In this document: piece by piece, positions 8,711 through 19,504 of the stretch
How positions within the stretch are numbered: the stretch's first letter is position 1
Layout: the number at the start of each line of letters is the position of its first letter
Assembly: GCA_000388065.2 (NCBI GenBank)
Contig: KB932217.1
DNA length: 23,204 bases
DNA from: Fonticula alba ATCC 38817
Taxonomy: Eukaryota > Protista > Nucleariida
Direction: 5' to 3' (one strand)
Notes under the pieces: model-generated
Seen by the model: only the letters and a program-made list of their open reading frames with translations
The model's database searches: none
What the model was told of the DNA's origin: nothing
Made by a program: the position numbers and the translations under genes

Positions 8711-11700
8711 GGCCGGCCACAGGAAGCTGGCGAGCGGAGACCCGCACATGTGTCCCTCGCCCTCCAGCGCCGGGCGTCGTCAGCGAGGAGGCCGGGGAAC
8801 TGAAGGGGCCGCCGGTGAGGGAAGCCTCGGCGCATGTGCCTGCCGGGTGGCAGTCGCCCGCAGGCCCCCCCGGATCCGGGGGTGGGGCGGGGCACGCGCC
8901 GCGGCGCGTCGGGTTCCGGCGCGGCACGCCGGTCCCGGGGCCGCCAGCCGTCTTGGCCCCCGGCTTACCCGAACGGGCAAGGGCCGCCGGGGCGGAGGGC
9001 TCGCCGGGCCGAGAGGCATGCGACCCCGAGAGGCAGGCCAGCGGCGCAGGCAGTCAACCAGGCTGGGGCCCGCCCGGTTGCGGTCATGCCGGCAGTGGCC
9101 CGGTGGTGCGGACCGTGCGCGCGGGATGCGATTCTGGCCGGGCCGACCGCGGTGGGCCGCCGGCGCCCCCCCCCCCCCCCCCCCCCGGCCGGAGCTGTCG
9201 GCCCCATGGTCGGTGGCCGGCAGGGCACTGGGCCGAGCATGCCGCCCCGCAGGACGTGGCGACACGGGAGCGAGGCCGCCGCCAGCCGGGGGCCGGGGAG
9301 GCCCAGCCAGACGCGCGGCGCGGGGACGGGCGGTGCCGCGGCTCGAGCCGGCCCTCACGTCCCGGGGCCGGAGGCTCGATGTCGCCCCTGGCGGCCGTGG
9401 GCCGTTTGCGGAAATGCCCGCTCCGGCCCCGGGACCGGGGCGCGCCCCGCAGACCCTCCAGCCGGGAATGATATATTGGCCGGGAATAAAAAAAGAAAGC
9501 CCAGTATTGTTGTTCCTCCCTCGGGCCGATCGGCCGTCGGGAGGGCGGCAGCTCGCATGGCGCTCTCCGCCCGCCAGCCCGGGCACACTTCATTGGCAGT
9601 TGATTTCGTCCCGCGCGATTGTTCGGCTGGGGGCAGCCGGTGTGCACATGCTGGCCTGCCGATGGGCGATGTCCCCGGCCGCCGAGAGGCAGCCGCTCGT
9701 CGGAGCATGCCGCGCCGGATGGCCGCGCGCCGGTGGATTCGTCGCAGCACCACCGGGCCGGGGGCCCACTCCCGCCACGCCCGGCCATCCGGCCCAGCCC
9801 GGAGGGCAGGCGGCCGTCGCGCGAGGAGCACGGCCACGGTGGCCGGCCGACGGTCCGCCAGCGGCCCGAGCCACGGAGCGCGGCTGGCCCGGCGCCGCGA
9901 GCTGGGGCACCTTCAGGGATTGCCCAGGCGGCTGACCCTGCCGCCCGGGCCGGAGGAAGCCCGCGCACGGGTGCCAGCCCGCCGCCCCGCACCGGCCGGC
10001 CGGGGCACATGTCGCTCGGCGCCCGGGCCGACGCTTGGCCGTCTGTGCACCGGCGCCATGGGGCCCCGAGTCCCGGCGCGGCCTGCGGCCGAGCGGGCGC
10101 GCGGCGCAGTGGCCGCCGCCGCGGTCCATGGCACGGCCCGTGGCTATGGGGCCACTTGTGCGGCCAGGCCGGCGGCGGTATGGGCCAGGCGTGGGGCCCG
10201 GCGCTTCGGCTGCAGGCGCGCACCCCCCCTGGCCTTCGTGGGCCCTGCCCGGCACGGCCGACCGAGAGGCGGGCCCCGCTCGAGCGCCGGGCTGGCCATT
10301 GCCCCGGCGCGGCCACGGTGGGGCATGGTCAGCGTGGCGGACGGCTCGCTGCCAGGTGCCGGGTGATGGCCATGACGCGGCGGGCCGGCACCGGGGCCGG
10401 GGGCAGTCGGGCAGGCCTCGCGGCCCGGTTTCCAGGAGCGCGCAGCATGACAAGCAGCGCCCCTTGGCCAGGAGGGCGGCGCTCGAGGCACGGCCTGGCG
10501 CCGGCCGGCCGGCCGGCACACATCCATGAATGCGCGCGTGCGGCCCCCGGCCCGGGGGGAACGCACGGCGCGGATGGGGTCGGGCATGGGTCCCGCTCGA
10601 GGGCGGGTGTGCCCAGCCAAAGAGGCCGGCGCCCGGGGGGGGGGGGCGGCTCGAGCGGAAGGGCTGCGCGTGCCGTGACGGGGGCGCCTGGCGGCCACCG
10701 GGGGCGTGCCGCTGCTCGGGCACACGCCGGTCTTCAGAACGGGCTGCCCGTTCTGGAGGGCCCGAAACACGTGCGAGCCATTGTGGGGAGTTCTCGATGG
10801 CCATGGCGTCTCGGCCGCATCGTGTGCGCGGGGCGACACGGCGCCATTAGCCCTCAATGGCCTGCCGCCTTAACTGGGAGGACTTGTTCGCGGGGCTCCG
10901 CGCCCGGCCCGGCCCGTCGGTTGGGTGTAGCCTCTTCGGCGGCCGGAGCGGAGGGCTCGGTGGCAAGGCGCCGGCCGTGGCGCGGGTCGCCGGGATGCAT
11001 GGCGGCGGGGGCTCCCGCGGCCCTGGCCAGACGGGCGCGCCTCGCCGGCGGCCGACCTGTGGCCTCGGGTCGGCAATGGGCAGCGGCGGCAGGCGCCCCG
11101 GCCCGTGGAATCCGCCCTTGCTCGGCCCCAGGCGGCCTCGGTGCATGGGCGCGCGCCCCCGATCGGATGCCGGGGTCTTGCCGAGGGGGCACTGGCCCCG
11201 GCCGTGGACGGGACGGCCGCGGCAGCCGAGCGCCTCCTAGCACCGCCACCCACCGACCGCCAGAGCGGCCATGACCCGGCGGGCAGACCGTGCCAAGGCA
11301 TGGCAGCCCTTGCCGGGGCGGCGCCGCCGCCGCCGCCGCCCGAAGGCACCCGCTGCCAAGGGAGCCCCGCCCTCGGGAGGGGCGCCAGGCCCGCATGTCA
11401 CGGCCCTGGGCGGGATATGCCCCACGGTGTCGGGGGCCCTTCCCCCGGCCAGGCCGCCCGGTGCCCGGCTCGGCCGACTGCCTGCCCAGCGGGCCTGCCC
11501 CGAGGAGCGGGCCCGGGCCGGGGCCCCTCTGGCGCGTGGTGGGCCACAGCTCGACAGTGCATGAGCGAGGACGCGGCCCGCCCGGCGAGGGGCACGCTTC
11601 GTTGCGCCGGCCGTCCGGCGACGCTCTGGCGCCGCGTGCTCGGCCTGCCAGCGCCGGCCCTGCGCCATGCCACCCAGGGTCCGCGGCGTGGAAAGGAAGT

Positions 11701-12834
11701 CGACGACCAAAGGGTACGCGCGCGGAGGGCGAATACGCCGGCGATGGGCAGGGCCCAGGCCCGGGGCGAGCGCGCGGGGGAGAATCCGCACGCCGGGCCG
11801 AGGCGCACACCGGCCCCGGGCACTGGCCCCCGGGCAGGCGGTGGCAAGGTGGTTTGGAACGGGGCAACGAGCATACGGCCAGCGGCGATGGTCCGCGGGG
11901 TCGGCTACTGAAGTGTCACATGAGGACCGGCATGGACCGATGGCCTGCGTGTGATCCTTGGGCCGTGTGACGGGCGCCCGAGAGATGGGACCCGTGGGCG
12001 GGGGGGCTCTGGGCGCCTGCAACTGCCCTCGCGTACGCCTTGTGTTGTTACCATCCCCTGCCAGAGGAGGGGACGCCGTGAGGGCCGATCCCACGGCACC
12101 GTGGGGGCGGCGGGGCGGGCCTCTGCGCGTTTAAGTGTGGGGCGAGGCGTCGGGCTGGCCCGGAGGGCGGGGGGGGGTGTGTTTATTTTTTCTCCCCCGC
12201 CTGTGGGAGATGCGGGTGTCTCACAGGTGGTTGGGACCGGCTCGGGAGGCAGCCAGAGGAGGCGGCGGGGTGGGACCAACACCGGGGGGCCGGGGTTCAG
12301 GCGGGGCACGAGCAAACAGCGCATCGCTGGCCATCGGCGGGGCATCTCGCACGGCTTTCGAGGGGGAGAGAAGGAGCCCCTTGCGCCTGCGTGCGGGCGG
12401 CGAGCCGAGCCCCGGTGCGGGCGCGCTGGATCCCCTGCCATGGCCCGGGGAGGCGACGACCCTGGCCGGCGGAGGGGGTGGGGAATTCGGCCATACCTAC
12501 TGCCGCCCCCTATAGATGGGTCGGGAGAGTGTGCGTGCGCTGGCCAATCCGCCACCGGGCCAGTGACCTCCCGCCCGCACGGGCGAGCGGGTCTGACCGC
12601 TCCAGGGGCCTAGTCCCAGTTGGGCATTTTGCCCCTCCCGCAGAAGGGGGGGTCATATTGCGGGCCGGAGTCCCGGTCTCGGCTGCCCTTTTTTTGATGT
12701 GTCCGGGGACGACTCCTCGCCGGGGCGGGGGTTGGTGGGGAACCCTCGCACGAGTCCTATGGCCGCCTGCACCATCGGTCTCGCTGGAGCATCTCTTTCC
12801 AAGGCGGGTGAGCAGGCATAGCCTGACCCGGTGC

Positions 12835-12837
<3 letters not shown>

Positions 12838-12893
<56 letters not shown>

Positions 12894-13216
12894 NNNNNNN
12901 NNNNNNNNNNNNNNNNNNNNNNNNNNNNNNNNNNNNNNNNNNNNNNNNNNNNNNNNNNNNNNNNNNNNNNNNNNNNNNNNNNNNNNNNNNNNNNNNNNNN
13001 NNNNNNNNNNNNNNNNNNNNNNNNNNNNNNNNNNNNNNNNNNNNNNNNTGTCTGTGTGTGTGTGTGTCTGTCTGTCTGTGTGTGTGTGTGTCTGTCTGTC
13101 TGTCTGCCTGTGTGTGTGTGTGTGTGTGTCTGTGTGCCCGTGTGTCCCTGGGTCTATCTGTGCCTGCGTGTGCCCCTGGGTCTATCTGTGCCTGTGTGTG
13201 CCAGTGCGTGTGTGTC
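12838..13216 (+). repeat. (TG)n microsatellite spanning an assembly gap, decaying into TG/TCTG and a 28-bp direct repeat
   Basis: (TG)28 at 12838-12893, gap at 12894-13048, degenerate TG/TCTG after it. ccctgggtctatctgtgcctg(c/t)gtgtgc occurs twice at 13146-13201. Confidence 0.95.
12894..13048. other. Assembly gap (155 N)
   Basis: Run of N. Confidence 1.
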
Positions 13217-14265
13217 TATGCGGGCGCGCGTGGTCGTGTGGAAGGTGTGAAAGAGGGGCAGCAAAGACCGAGAGGGTGGCTCACCGGCGGCGATCCCTGG
13301 CCCTCGCTCGCCCTCAGCCTCCCCCGGGGTGGCTTCCACAGGGGGCCTCCTCCTCTAAAACGAGCGGAGCCCGAGGAATGATGAGCAGGGTTACGCAATG
13401 AGCTTGTCCGAGTGCCGGAGTCGACCGAGCTCGGCCGAATGGGACCCCGCACACTGGACTCGGAGGCGGTGCCCCCGCCGGAGCGACTGCTCGCCGGACG
13501 CCCCGGCATCGGGATACAGAGCCCGCAGACTGCGGCTTTCTCCCTCCCCCGCAGCCGGCTCGCTGCGTGTCTCTGTCTGTCGCTAGTCCCGGCCTCGGGG
13601 CAAGAGCCCGGAGGCTCAGGGTCGCGCGCAGGGGCTCGTGCCGCTGGCTTCCACCAAGAGATGGATGTATATGCTTCGGGGCCCCCTCGGCGGGGGGCTC
13701 GGCCGTGTTAGGCGTCCGGGCAGGCGAATTGCGTAACCTGGGCCAGGGGTCCAGACTGCCGGGACACGCTTCGCCCGGCTGGCGGCGTTTACCTCGCCCC
13801 CTGGCCCTTGCGCCCGGGTGATGGGCGCCTTTGTTCTTTCGCCTTCGGGTGGGGCTGCCGGGAGGGCCCTTCTTTTCCCCCCCACCAACTCGGCCAGCCC
13901 TTCGAGAGGCGAGGCGTCCGGGTCCCGCGGCGTTGACCTGTGCTCGGGCAGAAGGCACGGGAGGCGGTTGTGCCGCCGCGCACGCCCGGGAGGCCGGAGC
14001 CGCCGGTCGGGGCCGGAACGCCCCCGGGGGCGGAACAGCGCCGGAGTCGCGGGCCGGCCTGTTCTGGAGCGGACCGGGGCCGGCCGCCAGCGGGCGCCGG
14101 GTTGCCCTGCGCCCTGGCATCGGCGCGGGGCCGCCGGTGTGCAGCCGAGCCGGGGGGCGGGGCACTGGGACCCGAGCCGAGGGCCGTCCCCGGGGCCGGT
14201 GGCGAGGCCCGAACAAAAGGCCACCCCCCCGGCGGCAGGTTCGGCACGTCCGGCAGGCATAATCC

Positions 14266-14889
14266 ATGTACCAGGATTCCTTCAAGCCCCTCCGCGCCAT
14301 CCCTCCCCCCACACTCTCCCCCGGTCAGTCGCTTGTGTTACACATTCGACAGCCTCCAGCTACCCACTCTAGCCTACTCTACGCCACTTCCCCGGCACTC
14401 GCCATCACTCGCCTGTTCCTTTCGTCAAAAAGCCCCCACTACAAGATGTACCCCACTTGGTTTGGAGAGACGCTGTGCCAGTGGCCCGCTGGCCTGCTGG
14501 TTGAGGTACGCCGGGGGGGGGTCTCCCCATGGGCGCCAGCGTCCGAGGGCGGCCCGGCCATCACCATAACGCCGGCCACCTGCCTCGGGGCGCCGTGTCC
14601 GCTGGGTTCCTGGCCCGGTCACTAACCACTCTTCGCCGGGTGCCGACCTGCCCCGGGGGCCGCGGTCGCCAGGCGGACTACGCCCAGATTTGGCATGCCC
14701 TGGTCAGGGCGAGCAACAGCATCCCCCCAGGCGAGGATGCCTCGAAGTACCTGCACCAGCAGGTGTCCACGGTGCTCCTGGACGCGAAGATCCCCTGGGT
14801 ACGGCGGCCATGTCGCGGCCAGCCAGGTCCCCCGCCCACATTGAGGAGCACTTGCATCCATGAACTGACACGCCCGGGCTTTCCTCCGC

Positions 14890-14923
<34 letters not shown>

Positions 14924-16969
14924 CATGCGCCGGTGGAAAACAGACCCAAGCCGGGTCCCTGGCGACGCACCTGGCGTCGGAGTTCCTCGAGAAGGAGGGG
15001 CTTCCGCCGGCCAGCGGCGCATACGACTCCGCCCCGGCCGAGGATGGCGAGGGCTCACACCCGGCGCCGTCCGGCCCCGGGGCGGTGGCCGGCGCGCAGG
15101 GGACCTCGAGCAAGCCCTCCAGGAGCGGCCGAACCAGGGGCCTGGTCATTTCGGCCGGCAACCCGGTGATCTCGTGGGATGCCGTGTCCGTGGAGCAGGC
15201 ATCCAACTACCTTGGACGTGCGTGTGCCACTTCTTCCCGGGGCAGGGTGGGACAGCGGGCGAGGGGGAGGGCGGCGCGCCAGCAGAAGGGGAGCCCACAC
15301 GGGCCGAAAGGCGCGCCAGGGCGCCCGCCGGCGCTGGGCACTTTTTTTCTAACCCCCTCCGCGCCCAGGCGTATGCCGGTATTACCTCCAGGAGAGGGGC
15401 TGCATGCATGGCAGCGAGTGCAACTGGGATCACCCGGAAGAGAATTCGCCCACCTTTAAGATGCTGCTTTACAATCATATTTGGAATCCGGACCAGCTGC
15501 CGGGCCTCCAGGAGTGGCTGGCAAGCCGGACTCCCAGCATGGAAGAGTATGATTTCGACCCGGACTCGCCGGAGGACAGCGACGCGTGCCCGGCCGAGCG
15601 GTCAGATCAGCTTGTCTCGCATGCCAGCTGGTCGACTGTTGTGCGAGGGCGCTTTGTGCCGGAGCCGCCGGCTGGGCATGCCCAGCCGGCGGGCCGTCGG
15701 TCCATCGCCGGCCCCCAGCCCCCCCGGCTGGCGGAAGACTCGGACTCGCAAGCATTCGCGGCGGACATCCAGGGCAGGCTCGACAGGCGCCGGCTGCTGT
15801 GGAGCCAGCCCAATGCCGGGCCTGTCGGCGGCGGAGGCATGAGTTACTCGGCGGCGGCGAAGCAGGGAGCGGCCGAGCAGTCGCCATCCGGCCGGGGCCG
15901 GCGTGCCGCACAGTCCGGCCGCCATGCGCCGGCGGACTTCGGAGATGGCATCACCGAGGCGGAGATGCTGCGCTGGTTCCAGCTCCAGCAGGACGAAAAC
16001 ACGAAGATCCCCCAATTGTCGGAGGATGTGCGGGCCTACTGCCGGGCCATTGGCCCGGCGCAGAGGCAGTACGAGGCCGAGCGGAAGCGCTCCAGGGAGC
16101 TGTTCGCCGAGTACAAGAGGCTGGGTGCTGACCCGACCACCCCGTCGGACAGGCTGGCCCTCTGCAAGAAGGCCTGGGTACGTCGGGGGCCATGTTCCTT
16201 GCATGCCTGTCACGGCCTTTTTTTTTTTTTTTTGGTGGCTTGGGTTTGCTGACTCGCGCGGATGTGACCCTCTTTTGGACTTCGGCCCCCTCTCGCCGGC
16301 CGGGCCGGCGTGGCGCCCGGGGGTGCGCCCACCGCGAATGGGGCGCCCGACCGCGCGGCCCGCCTCCTGGCATCGTTGCTGCCCCCGGGGCTCGACCCGC
16401 CCTGCCCTCGGCTGCGGCAGATTGACGCCAGCTGGAAGGCCGCCAGGGCCATCTTCACCAAGCGCAACCCCGGCATGGACCCGAGCGCCATGGCCACCAG
16501 CAAGCTGCCCTTGGTGGTGGACCTGATGGGTCTACATGAGATTGAAGGTGCGCGCCGAACGCAGCGGCCGGGGACTGTGGTGACAGGGCCGGGCTCGAGG
16601 CCGGGCACTGGCTGGGCCGCGGGGCAAGGTATCTGTCGGCCAGGGGGGCGGGGGACTGTCCCGGCCTCGCTGGGCTCCAGGCGAGTCTGACCCTGCCCGT
16701 GCGTAGTGTTCCACTTCCTGTCGGTCCTCGTCCGCATTCTACAGGCCAGCGCCCGGGCAACCGGCCGAGTGCACTATCTCCATCTGTTTACGCACGCGTC
16801 ATCCGGGATGCTAAGCACACGGGCCCCCGAGCAGCCCCAGGTCATGGCCAAGGTCCGGAAGGCCGCCGCGCGGGTCCTCTTCGACCACGGCCTCTACGTG
16901 AAGGACAACTCGGCCGTCGGCATGCCGGGGCTTCTGTCGGCGAAGGTACTCCCGCCCGGCACCGAGTGA
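14266..16969 (+). CDS. CCCH zinc finger + DUF1771-like + Smr domain protein (N4BP2/Cue2/NONU-1-like superfamily) with degenerate Smr motifs. Exons 14266 (or 14446)-14505, 14673-14798, 14944-15217, 15369-16177, 16421-16547, 16707-16969
   Basis: Five GT-AG introns with CTRAC branch motifs give one open frame (552 aa from ATG 14446, 612 aa from ATG 14266). CRYYLQERGCMHGSECNWDH is an exact C-x8-C-x5-C-x3-H at 15374-15433. The helical YEAERKRSRELFAEYKRLG...KKAW|IDASWKAARAIFTKRN resembles DUF1771. VDLMGLHEIE|VFHFLSVLVRIL...VHYLHLFT...KVRKAAARVLFDHG...GLLSAKV follows the Smr beta-alpha-beta-alpha-beta layout. Domain calls are by motif recognition, not HMM. The start codon is uncertain. Confidence 0.82.
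14506..14672 (+). other. Intron 1 of the Smr gene (167 nt, phase 0)
   Basis: GTACGC...ACTAAC (14621-14626)...CAG. Confidence 0.8.
14799..14943 (+). other. Intron 2 of the Smr gene (145 nt, phase 0), containing (GCC)10
   Basis: GTACGG...ACTGAC (14864-14869)...(GCC)10 at 14892-14921...CAG. Confidence 0.8.
15218..15368 (+). other. Intron 3 of the Smr gene (151 nt, phase 1)
   Basis: GTGCGT...TCTAAC (15348-15353)...CAG. Splicing places the CCCH finger in frame. Confidence 0.9.
16178..16420 (+). other. Intron 4 of the Smr gene (243 nt, phase 0)
   Basis: GTACGT...T-run...GCTGAC (16248-16253)...CAG. The join gives CKKAW|IDASWKAARAIF, and the intron contains an in-frame TGA at 16250-16252. Confidence 0.85.
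16548..16706 (+). other. Intron 5 of the Smr gene (159 nt, phase 1)
   Basis: GTGCGC...TCTGAC (16686-16691)...TAG. The join gives DLMGLHEIE-V-FHFL. Confidence 0.9.
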
Positions 16970-18313
16970 TTCCGGCGCCCAGTCCGCCCCCCTCCCCCTG
17001 GCGCACGGTGTGCGTGCATGCATGCGTGCGTGTGTGTGAGAGAGCTGCCTGACGCGCGCGCGCGGCTGGGGCTCGCGCAGTGGGCGGGGCCTGTCCCGCC
17101 CGCCGGGCATGGTGCCCTGTCAATATACACACGGGCGGACAGCCGGAGGAGGCGCTCCTGGACCATGGTTTTCTCGCGCTCCGAGGGGGGGTGCATGGCC
17201 CGGCATGGGGCCGCGGTGTGCGCCCGGCAAAGGCCCAGGGGCGGGGGAAATGCTCGACCTGGGCCGCGGTGTGGGTGGCATGCGCTTGGGGGCCAGGCAT
17301 GGCGAGAGCACCTGCCCGCCGGAGGAGAGGCGCGGCCATGGCAGGAGGCCAGCAGGGTGCGCACCGCTGCCCGGGGCGCGATCGACCCGGCCATGCACGT
17401 CACCCCGCTGCTGCCAGCGCGGGCCGCCAGGCTGACGGGGCGCGACCCGGGGGCCTTGCTGCCACGGGCGTCGCCCTTTCGGGCTGGCGGGCCGGGATGT
17501 GGTCGCCGGTACGGCAGCCGACCGGCGCCGGGGGCGGCAGCGTGCCAGGCGCCCATGTGTGGCGTGCGCGCGCGCGCGCGCATCCGCGTCGGTGCGTCCG
17601 TGCAGGCGGCTCCCGGGTATGTAGCCCCCGGTGTCCGTGGGAATGTGCGCAAGGCGTCGGCCCGGATCACCGGCGAGACCTCTATGCAAGTGGGCCAAGC
17701 TCGATCGATGGAGCATGCCCCCCGGCCTGGACAGCGCCGTGCCACGCTCGGGCGCATGGGCGCCCGGCAGCACCGGTCCCCTCCCCCCCTTTTTGTGTGG
17801 CTCCCGGCGGATGGCCGCCCGTGTGCGCGCCACGGCCAGCCATCATGCCCGGTGGGCCCGGCGCCAGGGCCGGCCGTGGCGGGCGATCGGGCGCCCCGGC
17901 GGACACTTGCCCCCGCCTGGCGGCCGAATGCACGGTGGCCGGGTTCGGCGTGTCTGGCCGGCTGGAAAGGCCCAAGGCGGCGGGCGGCAAGGTTGCAGGG
18001 GACCTGGCTCGGGGGAGGTGCTTGTCTATTGGGTAGCCGGCTCCGGGATGCAGCTCCACGGTTGCGCGGGGGGGGGGGGGGGGACATGTCGCCCTCGCCG
18101 CGCGGAGAGTGGCGGGGCGGGGACGAAAAAAGCCGACTCGGGCCGGCAGGCCTGCCCATGCCGCGGGGAATCGGCCAGGCGAAGGTCATGCCCCAGGGCG
18201 GGGGGGGGCATCAACAATGCTGGCCGGTCGGCGGGCGACGCGCGGCCGGGCCCCCCTGCCGGCAGCTTGGCCGGAAAGTCGCCGCGCGCGATGAGGCCGC
18301 CGCTGGCCGCGTG

Positions 18314-19470
18314 TCACTGGCCCGGCAGCATGACGGCCAGCGTGGCCACCACCTGGCGGACGCCGGCGGCCGAGGGCCGGGCATGCGCGTCGGCGGCCCA
18401 CATGCGCTGCAGGATGTCGGCGGTATTTTGCCCGAGGCCCGGGTTGGCCTGGGCGATGGCGGCGGTGGCCAGGGCCAGGTCCGGGCGCTGGCCGGCATGC
18501 ACGCGGGCGGTGATGTCCTGGAAGGAGAGCCCCTGCCAGGGGGCCACGCGCGTGAGGGTCTCCCAGAGCATCATGGCCGCGGCATAGACATCGGCCGGCA
18601 GGTAGAGATCCATGTCCAGGGGCCGGGCGCGGTGGAAGGCCGCGAGGACCTCGGGCGCGGCGTAGCGCGCGGTCAGGGCATTGAGGACCGGGGCCTCGTT
18701 GACCAGGGCCGAGGCCCGGGCGGCGGACAGGTTCCGCGCGGTGCCCAGGTCGCCGAGGGCCACCTGCCACGACTGGCCGTGTGCCGGGCTGACAAGGACA
18801 TTGGCCGGCTTCAGGTCGCAGTGGGCGATGCCGCGGTCGTGCATGGCCTCCAAGCCGGAGGTCCACTGCTGGGCCAGGCTCAGCAGGGTGCTCAGGGGCA
18901 GGGCGATGTCCGACCGGAGGAGCGTGGCCAGGTCCGACTGGAAGCACTCCATGACGATGGCCGGCGGCTGGTCGCTGTAGCCGTAGATGCGCACAATGTG
19001 GGCACAGTCGCGCAGGAGCCTGTGCCCGGGGCCGGGGGCCGGGTGGGGACCGGGGGGAAAGGCGGCGTGTCAGTGGCCGTGCCAAGCGCGGGCGGGCGGG
19101 GGGAAAGGCGGCGGCGGCGCAAAAGAAGCAGCACAGGCGCGCACCACATGAGGGCGATCTCATTCTGGAGGAGGGTCACCTGCAGCGGGGTCAGCTTGTT
19201 GCCCTTCAGCTGCTTGATGGCCACGATGTCCGGGCAGCCGAGGCGGGTGGAGACCCCGGCGCCGATGGCTCGCGCGGCGAAGACCGATGCCTGGGTCCCG
19301 GCCCCGAGGGCCGCGCCATCGAGGGCCAGGAAGTCCGCGGCCAGGCTCACTTGGATGGCCCCGGGGAGCGACAGCTCGAGGATGGTGTTGAGGACGGTGG
19401 AGTCGTGGTCGGGATCGCCGGCCCCGGCCGGGGGCTTGGCCGCTTGGCGCAGGCGGCGGACCAGCCACGC

Positions 19471-19504
<34 letters not shown>

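Noticed and set aside
9514-9544. GGCCGATCGGCC palindrome with CTCCC/GGGAG flanks
   Set aside because: Short and GC-only; expected by chance here.
12488-12500. CGGCCATACC resembles the 5' end of 5S rRNA
   Set aside because: The downstream sequence lacks the 5S internal boxes and the rest of the 5S sequence.
13376-13460. ATGATGA resembling a C/D snoRNA box C
   Set aside because: No CTGA box D or terminal stem at a suitable distance.
7542-14260. Dozens of 100-550 aa ORFs on both strands
   Set aside because: Arg/Gly/Pro/Ala-rich, with no domains and no consistent splice architecture; expected at this GC content.
18314-19019. Kinase as a pseudokinase because of DLG and missing HRD
   Set aside because: The catalytic Lys, alphaC Glu, catalytic Asp/Asn and Mg-binding Asp are all present; DLG and HCD variants occur in active kinases.
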